Source: Lingula anatina
Lineage: Eukaryota; Animalia; Brachiopoda
DNA length: 64,000 nt
NCBI GenBank assembly: GCA_051362555.1
Contig: CM120645.1
Location: 4,712,001-4,776,000 of the forward strand
Direction of reading: 5' to 3'
Shown here in pieces: positions 1 through 57,606 of the stretch. The position numbers and the translations under genes are program-made. The notes under the pieces are model-generated. The model was not told the DNA's origin. It saw nothing but the letters and a program-made list of their open reading frames with translations, and searched no databases. How positions within the stretch are numbered: position 1 is the first letter of the stretch; each line of letters begins with the position of its first letter.

Positions 1-180
1 CCACTTAATATTTTATCTTAATTATTATGGCATGATAACACTGAGCAATTCTTTTCTGGTCAGGAATTTCATACAAAATTTTTAAAAAATTGACTCAACA
101 ACAGGATACAGATCTTAATTTTCTCAACAGTTTTGGAGAGGGTTCACTTTGCTGAATTGTCCATTTTCTGTGAAAATTAA

Positions 181-516
181 AGGGATAATAACTCTTCGTT
201 TTGGCCAAAAAGTGGATTTTCCTGGAGTAAACAACAATTTTTCCATACTTACCAATGGTTAATGAATCCATTTTTACATTCAAAGTTAGTGCCTGGTTTT
301 TTTCTAAAAAGTTTGCTTTTTGTTAAAATCTCTTAAGAGATTATAGCAGAGTAAAGCCATCAATGGAAGTCACATGGTCTGAAGACAAGCTCAGATATCA
401 GAATAATAGCTATAACTGCTTTTTTTGTGGTAAAATAGAATATATTATATTTCTATGAGTTGTTCACAATGTTTTTATTGTGAAATATAGATCTCATACA
501 AAGAGTTATTATCCCT
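181..516. mobile_element. Kolobok-like non-autonomous DNA transposon (MITE), copy 1
   Basis: TTAA flanks at 177-180 and 517-520; TIR AGGGATAATAACTCTT...AAGAGTTATTATCCCT; second copy at 47294-47630. Confidence 0.85.
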
Positions 517-589
517 TTAATAATTTTTTTTTATTTTTGCTATTTAACACCTGGTGTGCATAGTGTCCAAAGACCTTCAAAATACTTAC

Positions 590-37739
<37,150 letters not shown>

Positions 37740-38042
37740 TTTTAATGAACATTAACTGTAAGAAAGCACCAAGATCTAGCATAAGTTAGTACAGCGAACC
37801 TATGTAGCACATTGTTAGCTTCAAACACCACATGGCACGACTGGGTTCAAAAGAGTGTATTGTCTGTTTATTATCAATGTTACTTATTGGTGGATATATC
37901 ATTTATAAATAGGAAAGTAAAACTGAAAGCTTTTAACGCGTGAGTCGTGTTGAGAATGCACCGACTCAAAACATTTTAAATTTACGTGAACTTGCAGTCA
38001 TAGGGAAACAAACTGTGCACACGCCAACTTTCACCACCTCAC

Positions 38043-38371
38043 CTTATTTGCAATTCTTGTTTGATACAGGCGGCAATATTTCGAAATTTGCTAATATCAG
38101 AGCATTTTCACATTGTGCGTACTTTCGGCAAATTCCCCTTCCGCCAAATCGCTTGTCCGCAGCAAAAGTGGCCCAAGACAGACTTTAATTTGAAAGTGAG
38201 TAATGAATTTCAGATGAAACATAGCAAAAACCCAATTTGTCGATGAAAAATTATTTAATGCACGACAATTCATAATATAAAAGCAAACTGTTCGAATAAA
38301 ATTGACAAATAAAAACTGTAAACAGGTGGCCTATCTTGTGTTCACCTTCGACCTTTACCTTGAGGACAGGC
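38043..38371. promoter_or_regulatory. Bidirectional promoter shared by GANP (probable 5'UTR exon ending at 38043) and ASZ1
   Basis: Divergent ATGs at 37739(-) and 38372(+). Minus-strand donor GTGAG at 38042 and acceptor at 37756-57. Locally CpG-enriched. E2F-like TTCCGCCAAA at 38139-38148 and CHR-like TTTGAA at 38189-38194. Confidence 0.65.
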
Positions 38372-44662
<6,291 letters not shown>

Positions 44663-45804
44663 TATAGTATCACCAAGTTTATTGTGTGACTTAGGAACAC
44701 AATACTTTTCACATTACCTTGATATTAATACATGACTACAGGGCACTCCAAGAGTGTAGACCTTTGCCAAGGAAAAAAAGGCAATAAAATGCTTTAAATA
44801 TACTAGTAGACACAGATTTAGTTGAAATTGATCACTTTTTTCTCTCCTGAATAACTTTTACATCCTGGAAATTTCATAGTTGGAAGGATTTCAGATTGGA
44901 TTATACTGGTGGTGCTTGTACTGTAAAACATTTTAATATGGATTATTTCAATTCTTTCAGAAAAAAAATGTGATGTTTATGGTTTGCTTATTTAATTATA
45001 TTTTGCAAAGGGATGCTGCACTGTTATTACTGTGATTAGTTGAAGAAGGATTTATGATGCTTGTATTGTTGATGGATTTCATATGAATGCACAAAAAGAT
45101 ATTTATGTCATGGGTTTAAATGTAATGCATTTAATTTAAGTAAAATTGAGGGAGAGAAAGGTAAGGAGGGAAATTCACACGCATGCATGCGCATAAAGAA
45201 AGTTCAAAATATTCTGCAGTCTGACAGGTTGGCATCGAGGCAAGGTAGGTCCTTATGATCTCATAGTCTTAAAATACGTTATTATCCATTTTAATATAAG
45301 TATAATGTTTTCTTTACAATATTCTGAACTCGATAAAAAGAACATGCAAAGCTCTACATGCCCTGTGACGAATATAAACAAACAAAAATAATTTTAAAAC
45401 TTTGAGACCATGCCAAGCACTTAGTATAATGATAACATAATATCTACAGTGTGAACCTAAAGAAGACCCATTTAATGTTGAGAATGTATTTGTCAGTTGT
45501 CATAATCATCTATACCGTATTACGAAATCAATGGGAATAAGTACGTAAAGCTTCAATTATATATAGTTGTCAATTCCCAGCATGACAAATGAATAAAGTG
45601 TTTTTATAGTTGGCATAGGGATACAACTCGCAGCCGCCCAAGCATGCCCTTAAAATTTATAACATTGGTGTAAATGAAGCTATATAATAGCCACATAGAA
45701 TCTCTGACTTAATTCATCTTCGCGTTCGTTCATCTTGAATACACGTGCTTGGTTGTTTGAAGAATTTCACTTGACGCTAAATTATTATACGGTCTAAACA
45801 CGAG

Positions 45805-48707
45805 ATGCTTTGCTTGAAAGCAATGTTGATCGTTTTATGTTTACCAAGAGGTATGTATGAACACTGAAATGCCATGGGGGAAAAAGGAATGATATCAGTT
45901 AGTGTATAGTTTTCATGGGACATTAATTTTTAAGGTTTCACGCACATTTTGGCTACAGTTAGTGTTTACGTCACGTAGCAAGAGACTTCCTTCTTTATTT
46001 TCATTTATTTAATAAGCTAATCAATAAAAATACAGTTAACAGTTAACTTTTTTCTGAATTTAGCCCACTGTTATTTGAAGGCAATTTAACTTCCAGAAAG
46101 ATTTTATATAAAACTACATTTGCTTATATTTCCAGTTTCTGCCATAAAATTTACCTCGAAATCCTACGATGAAGTCATTGGCATAGCGGATTTAACCGGT
46201 GTAACGTCATTTACATTCAACGTGAAAACGTGTGTGCCAGTAATACTTTATCTGTGTACCGTCGCCAGCTATTTCGAATGCGACTACTTGTACAGTTGGG
46301 CTCTTGGCAGTGATATAGTTTACCTAAACCGTATGGGGATCTTCGGCTCCATAACACAAAACGCGCCAAATATTCTTGATTGCGGATCATTTGAGGCATT
46401 TTGGATTAGTTGGGATGGAGGATACACCCAGTTAGGAAAGGGTCGAGATATTGGAAAGGAAACAATCATGATGTACAGCATGGACCATGATGTCAGATTT
46501 GATATAAAAGCTTTAACAGTGAAGGTTTGGGGAAATGCAATCGCAGAATGGGATATCACCCCACCATATCGTGAGTAAATAAAACAAAATGCACGGTTTC
46601 TTCAGACACAACGTGTCAGCTGTTCTAATGCTTATACCATCGTTACCCCTTAGGTTGCTAAAAACATGAAATATACTTGACATTTAATTTTAGAATTCAT
46701 TTTCTTCGTTTTGTTACTTATTTATCTGACTGCATAAATGAAAGCAAGGCCATACATCGTGCTTCAATAATTTCAAAGAATCTCTCTGCAGTATGCGTCA
46801 TTGCGACATCCGTTCTTTAACTGAATTTGCCAATTCGCAGAAAAAAAAGTGTCTGCTTCTGAGTCATGCAACAAAAAAAGAAAGTTATTTGGTTTTCCAT
46901 GTTTTCTAAATTATAATATGTGAAGTTACACGCGACAAAAAGGACGTTTCTTGTGTATATTGTGTCTGGCAATGCCTGAGTGTTTCTGCCATATTGACGC
47001 AGTGCAACAATACTTTGACACACTGCTCCACTCAGTAGATCACGTTTTCAAAATTTCATCTTGTGCAGGCGTTGCCGAAACATAGAAACTTTTTAATATA
47101 AATTATTTTTATTAATTATTTCTTATCATTTTTATTATTTAATTAATTAATTTTATTAATTATAATTAATAGTAATTAATATTACAACAAACAGAGTCAT
47201 ACTTCGACCAGCTTAAAAAACATTTCCAAATGAAATCGCCGCAAAATTCGCGATGCAGCACAATGCGCAAATAACCACAACTCACACGTTTAAAGGGATA
47301 TAACTCCTCGTTTTGGCCCAAAAATTAATTTTCCTGGAGTAAACAACAAATTTCTGGTACTTACCAATGGTTAATGAATTCATTTTTACATTCAAAGTTA
47401 GTCCCTGGTTTTTTTCTAAAAAGTTTGGTTTTTTGTTAAAATCTCTTAAGAGTTTATAACTGAGTACAGCCATCAATGGAAGTCACGTGATCTAAAGACA
47501 AGCTCAGATATCAAAATAATAGCTATTACTGCCGTTTTTGTGGTAAAATACAATATATTATATTTCTATGGGTTGTTTACAATGTTTATTGTTGTGAAAT
47601 ATAGATATCATACGAAGAGTTATTTTCCCTTTAAATCCTGCTATTTTATTTGAAATATAAGTATTTTATAAAGAAAATATTTTCCATATAAAATGTCAAG
47701 TCTGAAGTGCGATTGATCACATCCAACCAGGTTGTATCTTTAACTAAGAAGTCTACATGTGTCATAATGTCTTATCTGCTCAATGCTGTGGAATTTCCAC
47801 ATTTTCATAAGGATTTCCTTTTAGTGGTAAAATTACGTATTACGTGTACGTCTATGGCTGTATTCCCAGAGCTTTTAGATCGATCTATCCCCGCAGGGAG
47901 TCTCACTAGATTACTGTCAGATAATCCGGCTTTAATGTCCGTCCCGCCTACTACAAGCTGTAAGGGGGTAATTAACTTTCGTGTCCGCCCGGCTGACAGC
48001 TATTTAGCGTGAACCCCCAGGGAGTTAGGTCGATCTAAATAGATCAATCTACTCTCTGGAAATGGCGTCTATGAGAGCATCCACATCGAGAATAGCCGAG
48101 CTCTAGTAAGGCCGAGACCTAAATATGACGGACCTTCATGAAAGGAAGGCCGCTTAATCCATTAATGGTCTCTCCGCCTCTCACACGCCTCCCCGCGCGT
48201 CGTCCCTGCAGGGCACACTAATTAAATCTCGGTTCGGTCGAGGGACGGCGCGTGGGGAGCCGTGTGAGAGGCGGAGAGACCATTACAGGATTAAGCGGTT
48301 TTCCCTTTCACGTAGGTCTGTCATATTTAGGTCGCGGCCTTACTAGACCTCGGCTCTTCTCGATGTGAATGCTCTCAGTAACATAAGATATGTTGAGAAG
48401 AATCTTCTGGGAGCAAAATACTATATATGTTTTAAATGTTTCAGAGACACGAAGACAAGCCTTCTTTCGCAAGCTTCCATTTTCTGACCGTAAGGTTGAA
48501 ATACTGGCCAATCTGACCACACAAGGGAAGGGGCACTGTGCTTATGAGTGTCTGAGCAATCTTCGCTGTAACTCATTTAACATTGACCACAGCCCGGATG
48601 AAGACACCGGTCACTACCGATGTCAGCTGAAGGCAACCTATTTAGATAATTCACGTCAGCCAGCGAGTGCATCCCTTTTCGGTCGCTGGGAAATGGTTTA
48701 CAACTAA
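45805..48707 (+). CDS. Secreted protein with farnesoic acid O-methyltransferase-like (Methyltransf_FA) domain and C-terminal PAN/Apple domain, ~247 aa
   Basis: Exons 45805-45850 (signal peptide), 46136-46570 (FTFNVKTC...ILDCGSFEAFWISWDGG..LGKG) and 48445-48707 (CAYECLSNLRCNSFNI...CQL); both introns phase 1. Confidence 0.8.
47294..47630. mobile_element. Kolobok-like MITE, copy 2
   Basis: Highly similar to 181-516 along its length; TTAA at 47290-47293 and 47631-47634. Confidence 0.85.
47856..48069 (-). mobile_element. ~220-bp MITE family, copy 3 (inverted)
   Basis: Reverse complement of the 20160 and 32340 element. Confidence 0.8.
48072..48377. mobile_element. Fold-back (palindromic) MITE, Harbinger-like termini
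   Basis: Inverted arms of ~135 bp (roughly 90% complementary by eye) around a ~33-nt spacer; ends GAGCATYCACATCGAG. Confidence 0.85.
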
Positions 48708-49579
48708 CTAAAGCAAGGCCGACTTGACGATGTCACTATATGGCGTAGTATTTCCACGTGGGACTGGCCACAATAAGCTGATTCGGCCCAAAGGCAGATC
48801 TAGTTCGATTAACACACATCAGCCAACGACAAAAATCTCTCCCCTTACATTAAATAGAGTGGGTAATATTTTATGTATAGCGCATCCATAAGCATCAATC
48901 ATATACCAAGTACTGAACACAGGTGCTTTCATTACTTTTTCGCTTGATAGACTAAAGATAAATTTATGAAAACATAGTATGGATGTAGAACTTGTGGAAG
49001 TCAAAACTCAGAATTGTTGTCAACAACATGGCCCCAAGTACTCGGTATGAAATATCTTAATGATATACCGTAACATGTATATCATAAATATGTGTAATTT
49101 CTTGCTTATGTACGCGTGTCAAAAATATGATCGAACATGGCCAGTCTGTTGTATTGTATTGTATTAGACCATCTGAAAAATTAATGAAAAAAGTTGCTTA
49201 TGTAGACCCTATCCTTTTATTCCATCCAATTAATTACAGGTACATAAAAACCATTACGTGATGCAAGTGATGTCACAGCTCGTATCTTACCTCCATGTTG
49301 ATAAATATTCGTTGAGAAAATTCTTAATCGGGAATATCGCTTTGGTCAGAAGACAATTTCCATCGACTGGTATTCTGTTTCTAAAAGGTACATGTATCTA
49401 TATACTTTACCTGCTTCAGATGTTGCTGAAGTGCTGTAACAATTCAACATAAAAACGGTGGGGCTAATTTTGTCACCGATATTTATGATTTGTATTTTGA
49501 TATGTAACTTAAAGTTCAAAACCACTGAATATTCAAAACCCACTGAAGTTAATGCTCTGCTCCGTTGTTGGTTATGGAC

Positions 49580-49726
49580 ACAGAAATCTTTAAAGTTTAT
49601 ACTGCAGTCCGTTGTTGAATATGGAGTCAGGTCTCGATGAAGTTTATACTGTGATCCGATGTTAAATATGGAGACAGGAATCGATGAAGTTTATAGGGCC
49701 TACTGTGGTCTGTTGCTGAATATGGG
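49580..49726 (+). repeat. ~43-bp tandem repeat, three diverged copies
   Basis: Recurrent AAGTTTATACTG...GTTRAATATGG. Small tandem duplications also at 8376-8460 and 40871-40955. Confidence 0.7.
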
Positions 49727-49924
49727 TTTCTCCTTGGTGTCCGTATTTTAAGGACGGTATGTCGATCCGACGAACAGTAGGCCTAATAAAAAAGTTTTGG
49801 TGAACATGATAGAGTCCACATTGCTCATTGAACAAGAATATTAAATAAATTCAAAATCCAATACAGTAGAGTAGGCTCATAAGTCAAACATTATTATGCA
49901 TCAATTAAATCGGCATCCTGTAGT

Positions 49925-49971
<47 letters not shown>

Positions 49972-52211
49972 TCTGAACTTTTCAGTTTCATCCTTAAGGA
50001 CTACGAACACTGATATGCCTTGTGCAACCGCTTTAACAGCCTTCTTTTTAGTGATTTTGTTTCATGGCTTAATTTAGACATACGGTACCAATCTTTATAT
50101 AATATATGGCACTTCTTGTTCTTAAGTAATTTTAAATTTGCTCTCTTCGTCAAAATTGTTATATGCAAACTTATCTTGGAATTTTTTTCAGGCCTTTTAT
50201 TGTTTTTCGTCGTTATTTTATTCAATAAACACTGCATGGATTTATAATTAGTATCCTTTGTTGTTCAGTAAACCAAAATGATTTACAGTTTGTACTCTGC
50301 CATTAGATTGATCTGTTTACGGAAAATGAAGAACTATGTTATATTGGATACTGCCAGAGCAATTTGTTAGGCCTACCAATAAAATTGAATTACCATTTAT
50401 CAGTGATGTAGGCCTACTGTAGGCTACATTATTTACACGAAACAAGTTTACGCTTGGAAAGTAAATGTATAACGTCGATAACAACACGGCGAGTAGGCCT
50501 TCACATCAATAAATCATCGTGAAAGGTGTTTATTTAGACAAAAATTTACAGAGAACAATTGTTCTGTATTCAGCAGCATCTCCAATTCTACACAAATGTA
50601 ACTTTGGAGGGGCCATGTGGAGGGGGGGGGGGGGGGGGGGGGCATCGAAAAATCGTGCCGCTTCAAACATCTCCTTTGAGAAACTGCTAAAAATGGATCA
50701 GGTAATTTGCTTGCAAGCACGAAGTTTGTAGAACGGACACGATTTAACATTTTAATACGGGTCCCTGGGAAACAACAGGTTATAAAGCATTGCCTTGAGG
50801 TGATTTTTTTTACATTCTTGAATGGCCATAATACATGTATAATGTCACAGATCTAGTACTCCGTGACTGCTGTGACAACATAAGTATTACAGAAATCTAA
50901 TTTTTTTAGTAATCAGCATAAATCTTGCCTTATAAATCATTAAAGATGCATACAAAGTCAATTTTTTTTTGCTACAAAAACTGACCAAATGACAGCATAT
51001 AGGCCTATATACAGTGTATACATGTATAGTTTCAAGTAGTATAACTAAGAGAATTAACAAAAGGGATTGGCTAATTTTACCCGAAAATGATGTTTGAACG
51101 GGTTTTTCTGCTAGCATTCTATGCTGTACGTCAATGGAGCAGAAAAGTACAGGTAGGTTACGAAAAAAAATTAAAGAAAGGAGCAGTCTAAAGCTCTTTT
51201 TTGGCTGATCAAGTGATCTATTCAGTTTATCCCTTGGGATGTCGAATTTATTTGAGTCGTATAAGAGACTAGTAGAAGTGGTTTACATGTGTTACTGGGA
51301 ATCCACGCTCCACCGATGCTCGGTTCGTATGTACCTTTAACTCTTACCAACGCAGGGGAGACTTTGTATATGTCATGATTAATTTTCGTTTCGAAGTATC
51401 ACAAAATCTCATACTGGGAAATTTGCAATTTGGATTGATGTATGAAAACGAGGCCCAAATACGGAAAAAGGCAAAAGAACCCGGATATGATATCAAGACA
51501 TCAAAACAATTTGTGATTGAGCAATACAGTGCCAGACCATATATAAGTTTGGTGATTAACTGAAAAAGCAAAGTCTGTCGAAAGAATCGGGGACCAAAAA
51601 CAGGTAATATATGTATGACAGAAGAATACAGTTGTATTTCGACTAAAAGGATCTAACGTTTTAGGGGTATGTTCAGGGCGTTTGTTGATATATGACATTC
51701 TGATTGAACCAGCCAGCACACCTGGGCGGCGACAGGTGATATTATACCAACTGGTCATAGCCCTCATGAAGTCTGGCTGTCAACAGACGAAATATTGGCT
51801 GGTTGACCAGAGTCATTTTGTTCTATAGCTACTGACAAATGAAACTTCATCGGCATATTTATATACATGTAGTGTTCCCGAAATCCGTCGGTCAAGCGGA
51901 CATGTCCGTCATGAATTAAAAAATGTCCGATGTGTAATGTCAGCATGTCAGTCACAATGTACGTAGACTTGTCTTTATAATTAAAACATGAAAAATTTTA
52001 TGCTTTTCAAATGTCTGACCTATGGTCGTTTACTTATTTAATGTACAGTAGTTGGAGACCATCATCTTAGAGTTAGACAATAAAGATCCAATATGGTGAG
52101 TGTAAACGGAACTTTCATGTGACGTGTGTGTTTTGGGGATAAGTGGACATATTTAAAAATTATGATGTTGTATACACCATTTGTTTTCAGAATTAAAATC
52201 ACAAGGCTAAC

Positions 52212-52357
52212 ATGAGTGGAAAAGAAGCAAAAGCCCAAGAAGCTGGTCAACAACAAGGTTATCCCCAGGGACAACCCCCACAGTATGACCCTGCCTATCC
52301 TCCCCAGGGGCAGTATTATAACCCCCAAGCAGGGGCATACAGTAAGTTATACTACTA

Positions 52358-52408
<51 letters not shown>

Positions 52409-53283
52409 TCTTCACTGTTCATGTAGCATTAGATCTCTCCACATTGATCATTCCCTTGAATAACTTTTTCGTCAGCCCTCCTGCTTGGCCATCCCCATGC
52501 CATCTTTAATTCTCTTGGCCTTACCCTCTCTTTTGTTTTGTCCTTGGTTGCCCAAATGAGAACCACTTTTGGGTCCTTCCCTGAGGACATGGCCAGTTTG
52601 GGTTCTTTCCGTCATTTCCCAGTTGCTGATATTATTTGACCATAGAAATTGAGTTATGGGGTGCTTTAATGACCAAATTTTGTTAGAAAAATATTTACTT
52701 TATAAGTACAGTTATCTAGCTTTTCCTTATGATCATCAATATGAGATACTTATTTATGCTTTTGAAAACTCAACTACTAGTACATGATAAAATCTTCAAC
52801 CTGTCAATTCAGGTAATTCAGGTAATCAAACTTACTTATAACCAGGATAATCAGTGGAGTTCATGTCAAGTAAATAAATCCAATCTTTTGATAATTCAGA
52901 TTATTTTATATAGATATGTGGTTAATGTTACGTAATATTATCTTTTTTCTTTCAAAGATCAGCCAATCACTGGCCAGCCCCAGATTGTAGTGTACCAGCA
53001 ACAACCAGCACACAACATCCCCGACCAAATGGGTTATGCCATCTTTGTCACACTTTGCTGCTGCTGGCCAATGGGAATTATGGCTATTGTCAAGGCCCTG
53101 GCTAGTCGGGATGCAATCGCCCGCGGAGATCTTGTGGAAGGAAAGAGCAAAGCTGAAGATGCTAAACGCTGGTCCCACTGGGCTCTTGGTGTTGGCATTG
53201 CTTTTTTTCTGATAATCGTGGTGTTCCTGATTGTGTTTTACACGGCCATTTTCCCTGGTTTGATTCGTGGTGATTATGATTAA
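52212..53283 (+). CDS. CD225/dispanin family (PRRT1/IFITM-like) membrane protein, ~151 aa
   Basis: Exons 52212-52341 (Pro/Gln/Tyr-rich) and 52958-53283 (PDQMGYAIFVTLCCCWPMGIMAIVKA...AKRWSHWAL, two hydrophobic segments). Probable 5'UTR exon with donor at 51153. Confidence 0.88.
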
Positions 53284-53864
53284 AGTTAGTTCATTGTAAT
53301 GAGCTACGGTAACCTGGACTCATTCTTCCATTCACAGATTTAATCAAAAATTAGTTTTTACAGTTATGACATTGGACATGATCAAAATATTTTCAGGGGG
53401 CAGGTTGATGAATATTTTGAGTAGATACTGAATTCCATTGTATTGTAAATAAAACTGGATAGTGATATCAGGTGAAAAGGAACAAATATATTTATTAAAT
53501 AGGAAAACAGTCAAGAAAAGAGAAAAATATTAGTATTGTCAGTATTACATGCACAGATGACCTTAAGAAGTATATTAATAATGGTTTTGGTGTATATCTT
53601 AATGTAAAAAAAAAATGACCAGATAAATTTTTGAATAGATAAATGGACAGCTGGGATAGTGCTAACACTCACCAATTTAGTCAAATGCTAAAACCAACTT
53701 AAAGTGGCCAAACAAGATAGGGTTGATGTGACTTGTTTTGGTCAAATTTAAACCATTTGGAGAAAAAAAGTTACTGTAGTGATTTGGCTTAGTGTAAAAA
53801 ATTGCTAGTGCTGCCGAAGCACAGAATGGTTTATCCAAAATTTTACTTTCTCCTGTATAACTTT

Positions 53865-54828
53865 CAGGCCTTCCCAACTACCAGACTCGGCACCTACGGG
53901 TCCAGTATAAACCGGTTTATCAGACCACACTACCCGTTTTCAAGGTGTGTGTCAGATCGCATTATAGAGTATCAGCCACCACACCGATTTTGCCTGGTGC
54001 GCGATGTGATAGCAATGATCCTAAGCGGGGTTGGAAAGTAGTGCATCTCATCTAGATTCATGCGCTGCTGCAATTTTCTCTGTTTATGCTAAAATCTGAC
54101 AGTACCGCAATTTTTAACATAAAATTTAGGTTCGGACATAGCCATTGATGTTTTGTAAATAAGAACTTGCAAACTTATATATTAATTTAGAAAAGTAGAC
54201 CTAATTTTGATAGCAGAAGCATATTCTGTCGGGGGTTAAATATTTTCGTGACTACCGGGATGGACGAGATTGAGGGCAGGGGTAATCCTAGAGAGGGGTG
54301 AGAAACGTCCATTGTTCTCGTCAGCGAGGCTGTCCATTTTCAGGGTTTGTACGCACGGACAGAAAACTTAAGTATTGTGGGAACGTTACTAATGAAGCCA
54401 CTGGTAGTACTAGTTGATATCAGCCTGTAGTCTTGAACAAGCGCCTCGATGACGAGTGAACAGTTGGCAAAAACAAAAGACCCAGGTGTGGTAGTTCAAC
54501 TACTGTTCATGCGTGCCGCAACGACCAAACCTAATTGCTCCTCAAGGTCACAAAACAATAACCGGTACTGACGGCTAGGCTCGTCTTAATCATATAAGTA
54601 GCGCGTTTCCACCCCCTGATTGAGGGAGTCGTCTGTTGTATTCATGCGACTCATACTTGACGAAAACGAGGCGCGATACCCGGATGACAGGTAGGCTTAC
54701 AGAATTTGTGATAGGGTATGATACTCTTTTATGCGATCTGACACACACCTTGAAAACGGGTAGTGTGGTCAGATATACCGGTTTATTCTGGACCCGTAGG
54801 TGCCGAGTCTGGTAGTTGGGAAGGCCTG
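53865..54828. mobile_element. Non-autonomous TIR transposon with CAGG termini and 5-bp TSD (hAT5-like)
   Basis: Near-perfect ~105-bp TIRs starting CAGGCCTTCCCAACTACCAGACTCGGCACC; ACTTT duplicated at 53860-53864 and 54829-54833; no transposase ORF. Confidence 0.88.
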
Positions 54829-57302
54829 ACTTTGTGTTGTATTTGACCTTGGGGCCTTTAATGCAGGCATTGGGCTATTAAAGCAACAGTATGACTGGAA
54901 AAAATACCAATAGCTTCTTCTTCATATATGTTGGGTCTAGTTATATGCAGGAAGCCAGTAATTCCATTGCATTATCCTATGCAGATATTTTATTAGACTG
55001 ACAGGAATGAGAATAATTACAGCTGTTGGCTGTATCATAAATAATAATAATAATAATGAAAAAAGTTGATAAGCTCTTTTATATCTTGCAGAAAGATCCA
55101 GAGGTGAACTTTTTTTGTGGCATAGATGAAGCACTAGTAGGCTCATATAACATCAAACTTTCATCATGTTAAAATATTACACTTTTACAAGGCAAGGTTT
55201 TTTTACCAGTTTGACAAAAGAAAAGGTTTTAAATGGCACAGTCTTGCTATTCTGTGTCCAGTTTAATGCATATTTTGTAATTAACCAGAAATGCATGAAA
55301 TGATAGTCTTCTTTGTGGTGCTTTCATCCTTATGATATGAAAGATTTTAACTGATGAAAATGAACTTGTTTCCTATGGAAATTTTTTAATTATTTATTTC
55401 TAATTAAGACATTTGGTAAAATTTAAACAGGATTGTTTGATGAACAGGTGGAGCATTCTTGTAGAAAAATATTTTCTAAACTTGAAAACATATTGGAATG
55501 CTTTTTATTTCCTGTCATCTTCATCTTTTCCATTCATATTTATACAATACCCAAGAATGGTTTTTTTTTTTGGACAATTTTGGAATCTTTGTTTAAAACG
55601 AACAAAATGTATTATTTGATCTCTCTCGCCATTATGAGGCACCTTGCATAATCGCAAATTTTATTTCAACTTTACTTATGGATATATATATATACATATA
55701 AATTTAAATGGCATCTCATTTATTGCTTTCTTGATACATGTGGAAATATTTTAAAATATTGCAATAAATCAAAATTAGGAAGAAAAAAATCCTTATGTTA
55801 TTCATATTCCACATACAGCCAAATCATTCAAGGTTTGTTTACTGTTCAGATCAATGGACATATAAGGGATATTTTGCTTAAAAAAATTAATAAATAAAAA
55901 ATTTAGTTGTACGTGAAGGAAGTATGTTGTATGTTGTCCAGGTTCTCCTCTATACTATGTCGCACGCTGTGATGGCATATCGTTATAATTATAACCATGT
56001 ACTGTGTGCCGTCACAACTGTAAGGTGATGTAACTGCCACAGCCTGCGATGTAAGTGTTGTCATGCTGTGAAAAAAATTTTTAAACAGTTAAAACATTAT
56101 TTTAAGTTAACAACTCAAGACCGGAAACTCAAAAGTTGGGGGTTCACATGTCTAGTGTTTATTTATTTATTTTTAATTGTATATAAATGCTCTGCCTAGT
56201 TGAGCTCTCTGGATACCACACATACAGGGTATTATATGTGGTGTGTGTGTGTGTTGGAGGGCATTAACTCTTTCTTCACAAATCTTAAGTTCTTAAACAT
56301 ATTTCTTTGCTGAAATGGTCCTTGTTAATTTGACCTTGAAGATGGCTTAGGCATAAATTTTCAAATTTTTCAAATACAGTCAAATATTTTTCAAAAATAT
56401 GTTGTGATGCGTCTGTGGCCCTTTTCACATAGAGCAATATACTTTATAATTATCAAGACCTCATTTTGTTCACTTTGAGAGGCCCAAATATTATGTGAGA
56501 CAATGCCTGAATGAAGTTCCTGCACTGGACATAAGTAATACATTAATTAAATAGCAGAAAGTGCACTAGTGAAAGCTAAGAAAACCTGTATTTGGTGAAT
56601 TGTGATTACTAGTGCATGTTAAGACCTTCTGAAGTTCACTGGTACAGGCTGTTACACTTTGTGAAAAAGGGACAGTGATTTTCTGTGCTTGACAAATCAC
56701 ACACACAAAAGAAAAAATAAATTGCAAAATAATTTATTATGGTATCACTTGTACTAAAATTTCCATAATAAAGACCATGTCTCTTTTATAAATTGTAGTT
56801 ATACATAGTAAGTATATGTTGTAAAGTATATAGACTACAATTGTTGAGTCACAGTCATTGTAAAATGTACTAAAAGGACACGTGAAAATGTTTTAAACTC
56901 ATTTTAAAACTAATTAAATGTGGGTTAAACTCCCACCTTTGCAGAATATTGGGTAATTTGTTAATTCTGGCATTTTGTTTCTTACATACAGCACACCTAA
57001 AATAGTATTTGTTCAATGAAAGGCTCATCAAATCAGGGCAGAAGTAAGCTAAGTACCTGTGCTTTATTTCATAGGCACAATTAATTTTGGGATACGAAAG
57101 CCAAGATATGCACTGCCTTGGTGCATATACTGTATTATTATTTTAAGGGTACTGTGTATGTAAAAGAGACCAAATACCAGAATCATCAATCTATCTGTAC
57201 CTCGGTCTTGGAAGTCATCATTCTTGGTATACCTACGTTTTACAAGACTAAGCCTAGACAAATTATTATCACACTTGTCTCTTATCTTTATTTGATAATA
57301 AT

Positions 57303-57606
57303 CAGGCCTACCCAACTACCAGACTCAGCACCTTATGATGATATCAGACCACAATACCCGTTTTCAAGGTGTGTATCAGTACGCGCTTTGAAGTATCAGA
57401 CGCGACACCACTCTTGCCTAGTAAGCAATGTGATAGTGATGATTCTCAGCGGGTTTGGAAAGTAGTGCATCTCATCTCAAACTTTGTATCGGGGGTATGA
57501 TACTGTTAAATGTGTATTGACGCACACCTTGAAAACTGGTAGTGTGATCTATCTACCAGTGAATTCGGGATCATTCGGTGCCGAGTATGGTAGTTGGGTA
57601 GGCCTG
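57303..57606. mobile_element. Shorter, more diverged member of the same CAGG-TIR family
   Basis: Same TIRs and first ~180 bp as the 53865 element; flanks ATAAT and AAAAT. Confidence 0.85.

Noticed and set aside
51335-51960. CpG-rich segment in the CD225 first intron starting TTAACTC
   Set aside because: Possibly a repeat, but no matching TIR, TSD or second copy was found.
52805-52827. Possible 9-nt microexon or recursive splice site (TTCAG GTAATTCAG GTAATC) in the CD225 intron
   Set aside because: Explained by a 9-bp tandem duplication; weak polypyrimidine tract and no supporting evidence.
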